This document shows, piece after piece, positions 14,258-26,376 of a DNA stretch of 64,000 bases. This stretch comes from Eukaryota sp. GEM-RC1. Its lineage: Eukaryota. Numbering within the stretch: the first letter of the stretch is position 1; each line of letters starts with the position of its first letter. The DNA lies in assembly GCA_040285855.1 (NCBI GenBank), contig JAUFOQ010000002.1, forward strand, positions 2,108,001-2,172,000, given 5' to 3'. The position numbers and the translations under genes were made by a program. Below the pieces are notes generated by a model. That model was not told the DNA's origin, ran no database searches, and saw only the letters and a program-made list of their open reading frames with translations.

Positions 14258-15587
14258 GCTTAATGTAGATTTAAATATTCTTATGTATAATATATTCATG
14301 TGATTTTCCTACATCGATTCTTGTTCAAATCACACATAATTTAACTCTACGAATATACCATTTCAAAGTACATGGAAGTAGTTTTCGAAACATGTATGTG
14401 ATCTGTCAAGACCGACAGAACTCGGCTCGGAAACAAAATAGGGAAAGGAAAGGGAAATGAAAACGATTCTAGTACTCCATGTACACCCATAACTTAACAT
14501 CTCAAGGACATTCAACAATTACTGTATCGATGTTAGATGAATCTTATGAGGTCACATGACCTGGAAGTAGAAGATAAACTGACATTACCAACTTTGGAGC
14601 AGGGACAGAGAAGATGGAATAAATATGCTGCAAAACATGGTTTTTCAGTAGCCCTATTCGGTAGTCCTGAAAACACAGGTTACGCTTAAAAGTAAGATGC
14701 CTCAGGTTAGCTAGAAAGCACTTCCATCGAAAGAAACAGACGTATAGTTGGTACAAACTGCGGCTTCAGCATATACGACCGTCGTCAAGGAGAATCATTG
14801 ACTGCTACAGCTAAGAACTTAACCCACAGTCATGCTCCTGTGGAGGACATCTGTTGCTTGCCCTGCTTATCTCCAGAACAGACCAGTCTGCTGGCACTTT
14901 TAAGTTTTCATGATACCAACAAAAAAATCCTTACTACTTTTCACAAACTCTCTGCAAAAAGAACTTGGACAAACAAATTCTTTTGACCTCAAGGGATATT
15001 TCCAATGTAAAATGGAAGTTGAAAAGAGTGCTGATGGCCATGTAATCGAGAAGTATAGTGATGATTACCACATTTTGCCCCAGTACGATGACGGGAACAG
15101 TGTTACTGGTTTTGTTGATTACAAAGAAGGGTCGGTGAATATATTTACAATGCAACTAAGCATTACAAGGAGTTCAAAAGCGAATGTTCATGTCTATGAA
15201 AGCAAATAGTGTTCACCTTCACCTAGGGATCTTGGCTTTCACCTATTTAATAAAAGTAAATTTATCCAAAGTAGTTAAAGGCAGTTTTTTGAAATGTATG
15301 TTTCATTTCCGACACTGTTCTGTTCTCTACTATTGACAACATAAGAAAAAAAAGCAACCAGTTCTTCGTTTTAGTTTGTGATAGCATACTTTCCTTGAAT
15401 TCCATTGATTTGATGATGGAGTGCCATATCAACAAGTCTAGGTGAGAAATCTTATCACACCATGAACTACTGTCAGAGATCGATCAATGAAAAACAGTAG
15501 TTGCTGAATAAAGAGACGTAGGTTGGGTCAGAAATTTGGAGAATGGACTGTTTCTAATTTTAAACAAAATTGGCGCAAATTTTCTTG

Positions 15588-17256
15588 ATGATCGCACGTC
15601 GCTATAGAACACTTAATCTTCACCATCCTTTAAGGAACGATCTTGATAGCAGTTGTTCTTCCGTAAATAAGGCTCCAGCCTTGTCCCGTATTCCTAAAGC
15701 CCTGGAATCTGTCATTGATCCTCAAGTGTTTGTTCCTAGCACACTCATCTTACTTCAGATCTCGCCGCCGTCTATCGGGATCTTCCAGGTGCCCTCCTGT
15801 TAAGAAAACCAACCAATCTGACTCTTCGCCACACCCTTCCCCACGATCTAATCTCTCCTTCTCTAAAACCAAGGCAATCTCCCCTGTTCAAGGCCGCTTC
15901 GGCGTTTCCACACAGAACTCGTCTCAAAAACAAAATATCAGCACTTCCTCAAAGACCGAATTCCTGAATCTTTCCCATTGGATGTGGCGTGAGGTAGGGG
16001 GAGAGTGGAAACCATATAGCACTCTGATTTCAGACAGAATTGAACTGAAATGGTGTGACTTTGGCAAAAGAACATTGGAGCCCAATTTTACCACCACTTT
16101 GACTCGATTAAATGACAATCAAGAACAAAACTATTCTATTAATATCCTAACAATGAAACAGAAGAACCTCAAGACACTCTTCACACGTTCAATCAAGAGA
16201 GACAAAATTGATGTTGAAGTTCGTGGTAAAGGTAAGTGGCAGTTCAGTACCTCTTTGGGATGGGATACGTTCGACGACAGCTGTCAAGATCATTTGGAAC
16301 AATCATTTATCAACTACTGCACATCATCTGGTCCGTCTATTTGTTGGCTTACAATTTCAAAGTCGACTTACAAGATTGATCTTGCCCGTGGTATTCGATG
16401 TAATGTAGACACTTTGTCTGTACGTAGGCTACGAAGATTGTACAATGATTTATCCACAACAAAGGTCGCTGGCAAATCAGTAAACAGTGTTGTACTTCCA
16501 TCCAATTCTTCGCTGTCACTTCTAGCCGTGAGTGAAGCTAGATTTCCAAGCAGCTCTAAGTCTAAAACTACTTCAACCAATTTGGGCGGTCACAACACTC
16601 GCTTGAACCAGTTGCTTTCACCCACGACACCATTATTTACATCAAAGTCAAGAGATCAAGTGCAAGCAGTTCTTTGTCATATTCTTCTTTGGAAATGTAG
16701 ATGTACTATCTACGGTGGCTATGTAAGAGATTTCGTTATACGAGGCACACCAGCAAATGATATTGACGTTGTAGCACCGTCATCAGAACTTGGACCAGTA
16801 ATCAAGAAGTTCATATCAGAAACAGGCAAATCTGGACTGTTCATAAGTAAAGAACGCATAACAGTGATAGCCTATGTTGTCCAAAAGCTGACCATCACTG
16901 TTTCTGATTTTGATTTTGAAGTGGACTTCACCGCTCCTGGTGCTTCCCGTAAAGCTCAAGGAGCTGCCCCACCCTACGTTGAAGCTGATGTTTCAAATCT
17001 CCAACTTTCAGTCGATAAAAAGCTACATCTTAAGGAACCACTTGCTGACCCTCATGTAGACTTTAATGTTATTATAGATCACTGTCTTAGAAAACAGTTT
17101 GTGTTCTACTATGATCTAACAAAGTACCCAAACCTTTGCTACAGATTGAAAAGGAGGGTGCAGCGTGGATGGACGTGTTTGACGGCGATTCCCAAGCGTC
17201 ATCATCATGTGTTCCACAAACAGAATCATTTGTATCGACCTGTGAAAGCTCGTTAA
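15588..17256 (+). CDS. Tandem WWE-WWE + CCA/poly(A)-polymerase-like nucleotidyltransferase, ~545 aa; exons 15588-15727 and 15759-17256 (start codon tentative)
   Basis: WWE1 WMWREVGGEWKPYSTLISDRIE..YSINILTMKQKNLKTLFTRSIKR. WWE2 WQFSTSLGWDTFDDSCQDHLE..YKIDLARGIRCNVDTLSVRRLRR. NTase YGGYVRD..ANDID. A 31-nt intron at 15728-15758 (GTTTGT...CTTACTTCAG) joins the 15570 and 15715 ORFs in frame. Confidence 0.85.
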
Positions 17257-17344
17257 TTTATTGTATTTCTATAGTTTTTGTACTTTGTGTATCATATGTA
17301 TTGACTAATAAATGTATATATTTTTATTTTTGATGGATGTACAC

Positions 17345-18010
17345 CAGGGACTGGAAAACATATATTGATATTGCAATATATTGCAATAAATACAATAACA
17401 ATATGGTACTGTATTGATGGTACATAAACAATAACAATATCAGATTGTTGGTGCCTGTAGAATAAATATTGCAATATATTAATGGGATATTGTTAGTAAA
17501 AACATTGATACGTCAGTGCTTTATACAATTTTTGTGGGAGAAAACAGTATCCATTAGAAAAGACATTGCGTCCTTAAGAAGAAGGAAACTAAACAAGACC
17601 ATACAGTGAGTTCGACATTCGCATTCGACTGTCAAATTATTGTTTCAAGCACCAGCGAGTCAGAGTACATTAAGTTTTCAATCATTCACCCGCCCTCCAA
17701 TGAAGTTCAGAGGCTCATCAGTCACACAAAACCTACTATAGGTTGTTATTGACATGCTTTAGATAGATCTTGCGCTACAATCCTGCTTTCTAGAATGAAA
17801 AAACTGTTGTTGCAAACAAACTCCGTTATGTTTGTATTTTCCAATATTGCAATATATTGTCCATAAATATTTATTTATTGTTCCTAATAACAATACCATA
17901 TTGTTCCAGTTCTCTTATTGTCAATAAATATTGTTTGTGGACAATAAATATAAATATATTTTTTCGGTACCGGCATTGGTGGACAATAAATATAAATATA
18001 TTTTTTCGAC
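17345..18010. repeat. Degraded TIR-element remnant with ATTGCAATA motifs
   Basis: Begins CAGGGACTGG, the same end as at 1447. Contains a short direct duplication TGGACAATAAATATAAATATATTTTTTCG at ~17938 and ~17980. No clean TSD found. Confidence 0.45.
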
Positions 18011-18163
18011 ACCATCCCATGTTACTCGTCTGACATTTTGTTTTCGTTTGTGCTTTATGTACCAGTCACACTGTTGGAAAAACAGTAAGTGTGCTCCTAT
18101 ATACAAATCATTTTATTTATGACCATTATCAAATATTAGATGTTGACAACCACAAAGCTCGAA

Positions 18164-20396
18164 TCAGGATGACAGTGATGCTCTTATAGAACTCTTTCGA
18201 TCAAGAAATGACTGTATTTCACTCGCAGTTGTTATCCTCTTTTTCCATTTAAAGTTCCTTTCTGTTCTTGGTACATCATTTGCAGTCGTAAAAGATCTCT
18301 TTTGCCTCTCCCATGCCTCCAGAACATGTCACAGACAGCATTAATGGGGTTCCAGTCACAAAGTTTGTCAAAACAATGGATTGCAGTGAATAAACGATCG
18401 TTTCGTCTGTTTGCATTAAGAACTTCGATACACTTTCCTACTAAATGATGATGAAGAAGTTTAATTAGGGGAGGTGGAAGTGGAAGCTTGGGAATGACAG
18501 TCCCACTGAGAGAACTATCAATAAGGTTAGAATAATCATTAGTCAATCCAATCAAAATAGATTGATTGAAAGAGGATTCTGAAGCAGGTTCTGATAAGTT
18601 AGGTAAACACGCAAACTCTAACAATGAAGACAACAACTTGTTATCAAATGAATGACCAATTCTTTGTTCTAAAACAGAAAGTAATTCGGAAATAGTGACA
18701 GTTTCCCTACTAGAACTTATAATCCAGATTTCCGAAAGCAGGAGAAATAGACGGTCATTATACAAAGCCAAATGACGTGGTGCATTGTCAATGTCAAATG
18801 AGATAAACAGATTCATCATATTAGAAACTAAACAACTCAATAATGTACTTAGGTTATAAGTTTCATAGTAAGGAACTGTGGAGTCGTAATACTTGTCTCT
18901 GCCAGCTTCACCACATGAATAACCACTTAAAGGGAAAGTGAAAGATATTGCCATGAGAACAACATCAACAAATCGTACTTTTGGAAAGGTTTCACGATAT
19001 CCTTCCAAAAACAAGCGTCGTTGATTCAAGTAACGAATGACAAGAAACAACAAAAGACGGTATTCTCAACCTCACATACTTCTTCAAACAAATGAATCCA
19101 AGATGAATGGATATCTGGAGTAGACCATTCATTACCATAAGAGTGGTTACTGAAACTTTCAATTATGGATAAGAGCATTTCAACAGAAGATCTTGATCCT
19201 TCTAGTAGCAACTGGCGATGTTCAGGGGCAAGAACATTATCAAGCGAGTCTAGGAATTTTTCAGATATAGGAACACTCCCTTGACAACCACCAAGACTGT
19301 GATTACTTCTAAGAAATTGAATAGCAGGGGTTGCATACTTGAGGATGACACTGTAGTGGCGAGGAACATGTAAGGAATCAAAATACTCCAAGTCTAGTTC
19401 CAAGTCAGGCTCTTCAAACTTGTCCAAAGGCTGAACTTTCTCATACTGAATCCTTGCAACTGATGAAGAATCACTATAGGTAGTAGGAAAAACAAGATCT
19501 GTGGATATTTTGTAGTTATTCAGAGTGGAGAAAACAACAGTTGCCGCATGCGGATTATTGGCAAGAAATACAGTCCATAAATTACAATTGTCATCAGAAT
19601 TGAAAAAGTTCAACACTTCTTCATACTTTTGGACAGTATTTGAAGTAGATGCCAACCTGTAATTTTAAAAAGCCGGCACTTTGATTCATTAATTGCAAAC
19701 AAAGCGACCATCTTTTCAAAAGGAAGAAAACGATCTTGATGAAAAAGAAACATTTGTCCCGTTTTACCATCATACAATTGATCATAAAACTCTTTCAATC
19801 CAAAATCTCCTCTAAAGAAAGCAACTTTACACCTTTGATGGAAAAACAAGTGAACTTTGGAAGAAAACGCATAATAGGAATCATTCTGACGAACTTCTTC
19901 AGCAATGTGGTGAGTTAAACTACCACTTGGTATGAATTTAACCTTGTTTCCGTGTTCATCATTAGGATTGTTCACATCAAGTGCATTCCATAGAAGAAGA
20001 ATGTCTTGATTGAAAGGTGTTGGAAGTTTCTGTGGTTGGTTAACAATCTGAGCTGGTGTATATTGACGCTTAGAATGTGTTTCCGTCACCTTGTGGGGGG
20101 AAGAAACGGGAGCGTCTGAAATAGAAGATGAAATATATGTTGTGTTCGTTAAACTTCAAGAAGAAGTTGCGGAACAATCTGTTAACAGCGACTGCAGAGT
20201 AACCTGCTGAGTAATCAGGAACCAGTTGTTCGATGAGATAGGATCGGAATTCATAAGTGTCAACGACGAGGTACAGAGGTTGAGTTTGGTTAGAACCTAT
20301 AACACGTTCCTCTAATGCATGCCTGACGTTATGATGAGAACTATCGAGAAGAAAAGGAATCCATTCTTTGGAAAGAATCACAAGAGGAGACAACAT
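18164..20396 (-). CDS. Array gene copy 1, uncharacterised ~740-aa protein, possibly degenerate PIN (FAM120/Asteroid-like); several indels; distinct C-terminus
   Basis: Four consecutive ORF pieces are collinear with copies 2-5, and the breaks lie in homopolymers. Confidence 0.7.
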
Positions 20397-21563
20397 GAGG
20401 TAGTTCAACAGTATTAACTTGACGAAAAGTCGGAGGAGTCTTGAGAAAGGAAAAATTGGGATTTTACTGAAAACAATTTAGAATTCAACCTCCAGACAAA
20501 TTGGGATTTTAGATGACCGGCGTGTTGTCTTTGAAACCCGTTGACTGATTGATATATTTTAGGAATTGTTTACTTATAATGTATAGATGAAACATTGTAA
20601 ATTCGGTTTAACGATTGCGTTCTCGTTGCAGAAATTTCAACATTTATAGACAATGATTCTGTAGTACATAGAAACGCTATAACATACAACTGAGTCACGA
20701 AGTTGTGACGAAATTCAATATTTATATATGATGGTATTGGTCATATACAGCGCCTATCAGCGATAGTTTATTCAAACTTGGCATTAATAAAAATCTATCA
20801 AATTTGTTCTGTTTTCAGGGTGGAAATAACTGTGGTTTCTTGTGATAACAACATGCAGACCTTAAAACTGGATTTTGATGAAGACAAACTCGAAGTCCAT
20901 TCATTATGGTTAAAGATGATTGGTTTAGTGGAATTGAAATTGAAAAATACGGTTATATCGCTGAACACAAACAATTTGAGTTATCATTAAGACAATAATA
21001 CTCATGTAAATTGGTTTACTTGATGACTCCAAAAATAAATACATAAGACACTAAATGATTTCTAATGTAATAAGTTGGGACTATTGATTGAACTGAGCTA
21101 ATGAAACTACGGACTGGGATTTGACCGTTCAAGCTGAAACAAACAGAGGTGAGCCCAGGTGTAACACTAATCATTTTAGGACGAAACGACAAATACACAA
21201 CTTAGTGACCGAATCTAGAACTCAGATAAAACTTCTCTCACAAACGGCAAATACCCACTACTAAAGACTATCAGATTCAAAGATGTTTACGGCATTGACT
21301 TTGTCAGAAGAAAATCCTCTTGTAAAACGGAAGACTATCACTTCAAAAGAGTACAAGAAAACACATGACTGATCTGTTTTTATGAAAATAAACAACAACA
21401 AACGACTCCCCTCTAAACTCAAGTTAGAAATGGAAGTAGCAGAAGTTGGTTATTTAATAAATTATGGATCGTCAACATTACATGTTTTTCATGTATATAG
21501 CTAAAGCTCACATGTTTAGTAACTTAATATGAATTTGAAATTGTACCCATTTGCTGTATTGAT

Positions 21564-22168
21564 CAGGCTTCACAAAAGTAGTAAAGTGCTAAAGTGACTT
21601 TATTTTACTTTACTTTAAAGTTTTGGAAAGGTAAAGTAACAGACCTCAAACTTGTTTAGTTTGCCCTCTGAGCACTGCAAATGACTCTTTTATACCAGTA
21701 TAACATGTTCTATCATAGGAACTCAACAAAAACGCAAAACAAAAAACGATGTAAAATTGTTTCTAACAAAAACTTATTCAACCAAGATCCATTATTCAAA
21801 CGTCAGGTCACTTCAGCTCACTTCAATAGATCAATCAGTATCTGACAGTTCGAGATTGTCCCCTTTAAAAACAGAAACCAGTTCAATTCCGATACACTAT
21901 TCGTTATGTCTCTTCAGTTTTGGATAACTCTCGACCCATTACCTTCTGGTATCCTTTGTTCGGAGTTGAGTGAAGTCCTGTGTTAAAGGGAAGCGGAAAC
22001 TGAATATCTAAACTGAAGAGAGAAAGTTGTGAAAAGAGGATTGAGATCAGGTCAAACTTTATTGACCTTAAAGTAACTTTTTAGCTGAAGTAAAAGTAAA
22101 GCTTAAAGTAAAGTAAATAACTTTACTTTACTTTAATTTTGAATTTTGGACTACTTTAGTGAAGCCTG
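21564..22168. mobile_element. hAT-like MITE, 605 bp, 8-bp TSD (copy 1)
   Basis: TIR CAGGCTTCAC.AAAGTAGT / ACTACTTTAGTGAAGCCTG. TSD GTATTGAT on both sides. AAAGT/ACTTT subterminal repeats. Confidence 0.9.
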
Positions 22169-22220
22169 GTATTGATCCAATGAAACAGTTTTAATAGAAT
22201 TAATAAGTTCAACTTCAGGA

Positions 22221-24554
22221 CTACAACGATACTTTACGAAAACTCTTTTCAACATTAACAACATTAGCTGTAATAAATAGTTTAACAAATTTGCAGGTCA
22301 AACAGCTGATCGAAGATGCATACTCATCATCCAGGCTTAGGACAATTTTTTTTTATCAAGAAATGACTGTATTTCACTCGCTGTTGTTGTCCTCCTATTT
22401 CCATTTAAAGTTCCTTTCTGTTCTTGGTACATCATTTGCAGTCGTAAAAGATCTCTTTTGCCTCTCCCATGCCTCCAGAACATGTCACAGACAGCATTAA
22501 TGGGGTTCCAGTCACAAAGTTTGTCAAAACAATGGATTGCAGTGAATAAACGATCGTTTCGTCTGTTTGCATTAAGAACTTCGATACACTTTCCTACTAA
22601 ATGATGATGAAGAAGTTTAATTAGGGGAGGTGGAAGTGGAAGCTTGGGAATGACAGTCCCACTGAGAGAACTATCAATAAGGTTAGAATAATCATTAGTC
22701 AATCCAATCAAAATAGATTGATTGAAAGAGGATTCTGAAGCAGGTTCTGATAAGTTAGGTAAACACGCAAACTCTAACAATGAAGACAACAACTTGTTAT
22801 CAAATGAATGACCAATTCTTTGTTCTAAAACAGAAAGTAATTCGGAAATAGTGACAGTTTCCCTACTAGAACTTATAATCCAGATTTCCGAAAGCAGGAG
22901 AAATAGACGGTCATTATACAAAGCCAAATGACGTGGTGCATTGTCAATGTCAAATGAGATAAACAGATTCATCATATTAGAAACTAAACAACTCAATAAT
23001 GTACTTAGGTTATAAGTTTCATAGTAAGGAACTGTGGAGTCGTAATACTTGTCTCTGCCAGCTTCACCACATGAATAACCACTTAAAGGGAAAGTGAAAG
23101 ATATTGCCATGAGAACAACATCAACAAATCGTACTTTTGGAAAGGTTTCACGATATCCTTCCAAAAACAAGCGTCGTTGATTCAAGTAACGAATGACAAG
23201 AAACAACAAAAAGACGGTATTCTCAACCTCACATACTTCTTCAAACAAATGAATCCAAGATGAATGGATATCTGGAGTAGACCATTCATTACCATAAGGG
23301 TGGTTACTGAAACTTTCAATTATGGATAAGAGCATTTCAACAGAAGATCTTGATCCTTCTAGTAGCAACTGGCGATGTTCAGGGGCAAGAACATTATCAA
23401 GCGAGTCTAGGAATTTTTCAGATATAGGAACACTCCCTTGACAACCACCAAGACTGTGATTACTTCTAAGAAATTGAATAGCAGGGGTTGCATACTTGAG
23501 GATGACACTGTAGTGGCGAGGAACATGTAAGGAATCAAAATACTCCAAGTCTAGTTCCAAGTCAGGCTCTTCAAACTTGTCCAAAGGCTGAACTTTCTCA
23601 TACTGAATCCTTGCAACTGATGAAGAATCACTATAGGTAGTAGGAAAAACAAGATCTGTGGATATTTTGTAGTTATTCAGAGTGGAGAAAACAACAGTTG
23701 CCGCATGCGGATTATTGGCAAGAAATACAGTCCATAAATTACAATTGTCATCAGAATTGAAAAGTTCAACACTTCTTCATACTTTTGGACAGTATTTGAA
23801 GTAGATGCCAACCTGTAATTTTAAAAAAAAGCCGGCACTTTGATTCATTAATTGCAAACAAAGCGACCATCTTTTCAAAAGGAAGAAAACGATCTTGATG
23901 AAAAAGAAACATTTGTCCCGTTTTACCATCATACAATTGATCATAAAACTCTTTCAATCCAAAATCTCCTCTAAAGAAAGCAACTTTACACCTTTGATGG
24001 AAAAACAAGTGAACTTTGGAAGAAAACGCATAATAGGAATCATTCTGACGAACTTCTTCAGCAATGTGGTGAGTTAAACTACCACTTGGTATGAATTTAA
24101 CCTTGTTTCCGTGTTCATCATTAGGATTGTTCACATCAAGTGCATTCCATAGAAGAAGAATGTCTTGATTGAAAGGTGTTGGAAGTTTCTGTGGTTGGTT
24201 AACAATCTGAGCTGGTGTATATTGACGCTTAGAATGTGTTTCCGTCACCTTGTGGGGGAAGAAACGGGAGCGTCTGAAATAGAAGATGAAATATATGTTG
24301 TGTTCGTTAAACTTCAAGAAGAAGTTGCGGAACAATCTGTTAACAGCGACTGCAGAGTAACCTGCTGAGTAATCAGGAACCAGTTGTTCGATGAGATAGG
24401 ATCGGAATTCATAAGTGTCAACGACGAGGTACAGAGGTTGAGTTTGGTTAGAACCTATAACACGTTCCTCTAATGCATGCCTGACGTTATGATGAGAACT
24501 ATCGAGAAGAAAAGGAATCCATTCTTTGGAAAGAATCACAAGAGGAGACAACAT
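22221..24554 (-). CDS. Array gene copy 2 (~775 aa after correcting indels)
   Basis: ORFs 23766-24566 and 22337-23584, plus a 3' tail homologous to copy 4. Confidence 0.72.
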
Positions 24555-25721
24555 GAGGTAGTTCAACAGTATTAACTTGACGAAAAGTCGGAGGAGTCTT
24601 GAGAAAGGAAAAATTGGGATTTTACTGAAAACAATTTAGAATTCAACCTCCAGACAAATTGGGATTTTAGATGACCGGCGTGTTGTCTTTGAAACCCGTT
24701 GACTGATTGATATATTTTAGGAATTGTTTACTTATAATGTATAGATGAAACATTGTAAATTCGGTTTAACGATTGCGTTCTCGTTGCAGAAATTTCAACA
24801 TTTATAGACAATGATTCTGTAGTACATAGAAACGCTATAACATACAACTGAGTCACGAAGTTGTGACGAAATTCAATATTTATATATGATGGTATTGGTC
24901 ATATACAGCGCCTATCAGCGATAGTTTATTCAAACTTGGCATTAATAAAAATCTATCAAATTTGTTCTGTTTTCAGGGTGGAAATAACTGTGGTTTCTTG
25001 TGATAACAACATGCAGACCTTAAAACTGGATTTTGATGAAGACAAACTCGAAGTCCATTCATTATGGTTAAAGATGATTGGTTTAGTGGAATTGAAATTG
25101 AAAAATACGGTTATATCGCTGAACACAAACAATTTGAGTTATCATTAAGACAATAATACTCATGTAAATTGGTTTACTTGATGACTCCAAAAATAAATAC
25201 ATAAGACACTAAATGATTTCTAATGTAATAAGTTGGGACTATTGATTGAACTGAGCTAATGAAACTACGGACTGGGATTTGACCGTTCAAGCTGAAACAA
25301 ACAGAGGTGAGCCCAGGTGTAACACTAATCATTTTAGGACGAAACGACAAATACACAACTTAGTGACCGAATCTAGAACTCAGATAAAACTTCTCTCACA
25401 AACGGCAAATACCCACTACTAAAGACTATCAGATTCAAAGATGTTTACGGCATTGACTTTGTCAGAAGAAAATCCTCTTGTAAAACGGAAGACTATCACT
25501 TCAAAAGAGTACAAGAAAACACATGACTGATCTGTTTTTATGAAAATAAACAACAACAAACGACTCCCCTCTAAACTCAAGTTAGAAATGGAAGTAGCAG
25601 AAGTTGGTTATTTAATAAATTATGGATCGTCAACATTACATGTTTTTCATGTATATAGCTAAAGCTCACATGTTTAGTAACTTAATATGAATTTGAAATT
25701 GTACCCATTTGCTGTATTGAT

Positions 25722-26324
25722 CAGGCTTCACAAAAGTAGTAAAGTGCTAAAGTGACTTTATTTTACTTTACTTTAAAGTTTTGGAAAGGTAAAGTAACAG
25801 ACCTCAAACTTGTTTAGTTTGCCCTCTGAGCACTGCAAATGACTCTTTTATACCAGTATAACATGTTCTATCATAGGAACTCAACAAAAAACGCAAAACA
25901 AAAACGATGTAAAATTGTTTCTAACAAAAACTTATTCAACCAAGATCCATTATTCAAACGTCAGGTCACTTCAGCTCACTTCAATAGATCAATCAGTATC
26001 TGACAGTTCGAGATTGTCCCCTTTAAAAACAGAAACCAGTTCAATTCCGATACACTATTCGTTATGTCTCTTCAGTTTTGGATAACTCTCGACCCATTAC
26101 CTTCTGGTATCCTTTGTTCGGAGTTGAGTGAAGTCCTGTGTTAAAGGGAAGCGGAAACTGAATATCTAAACTGAAGAGAGAAAGTTGTGAAAAGAGGATT
26201 GAGATCAGGTCAAACTTTATTGACCTTAAAGTAACTTTTTAGCTGAAGTAGTAGAAGCTTAAAGTAAAGTAAATAACTTTACTTTACTTTAATTTTGAAT
26301 TTTGGACTACTTTAGTGAAGCCTG
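25722..26324. mobile_element. hAT-like MITE (copy 2, duplicated with the array unit)
   Basis: Same TIRs and same GTATTGAT TSD as 21564-22168. Confidence 0.9.
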
Positions 26325-26376
26325 GTATTGATCCAATGAAACAGTTTTAATAGAATTAATAAGTTCAACTTCAGGA

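Noticed and set aside
20778..21198. Small spacer ORFs repeated three times
   Set aside because: Their identity reflects the recent tandem duplication; there are no motifs or coding bias.
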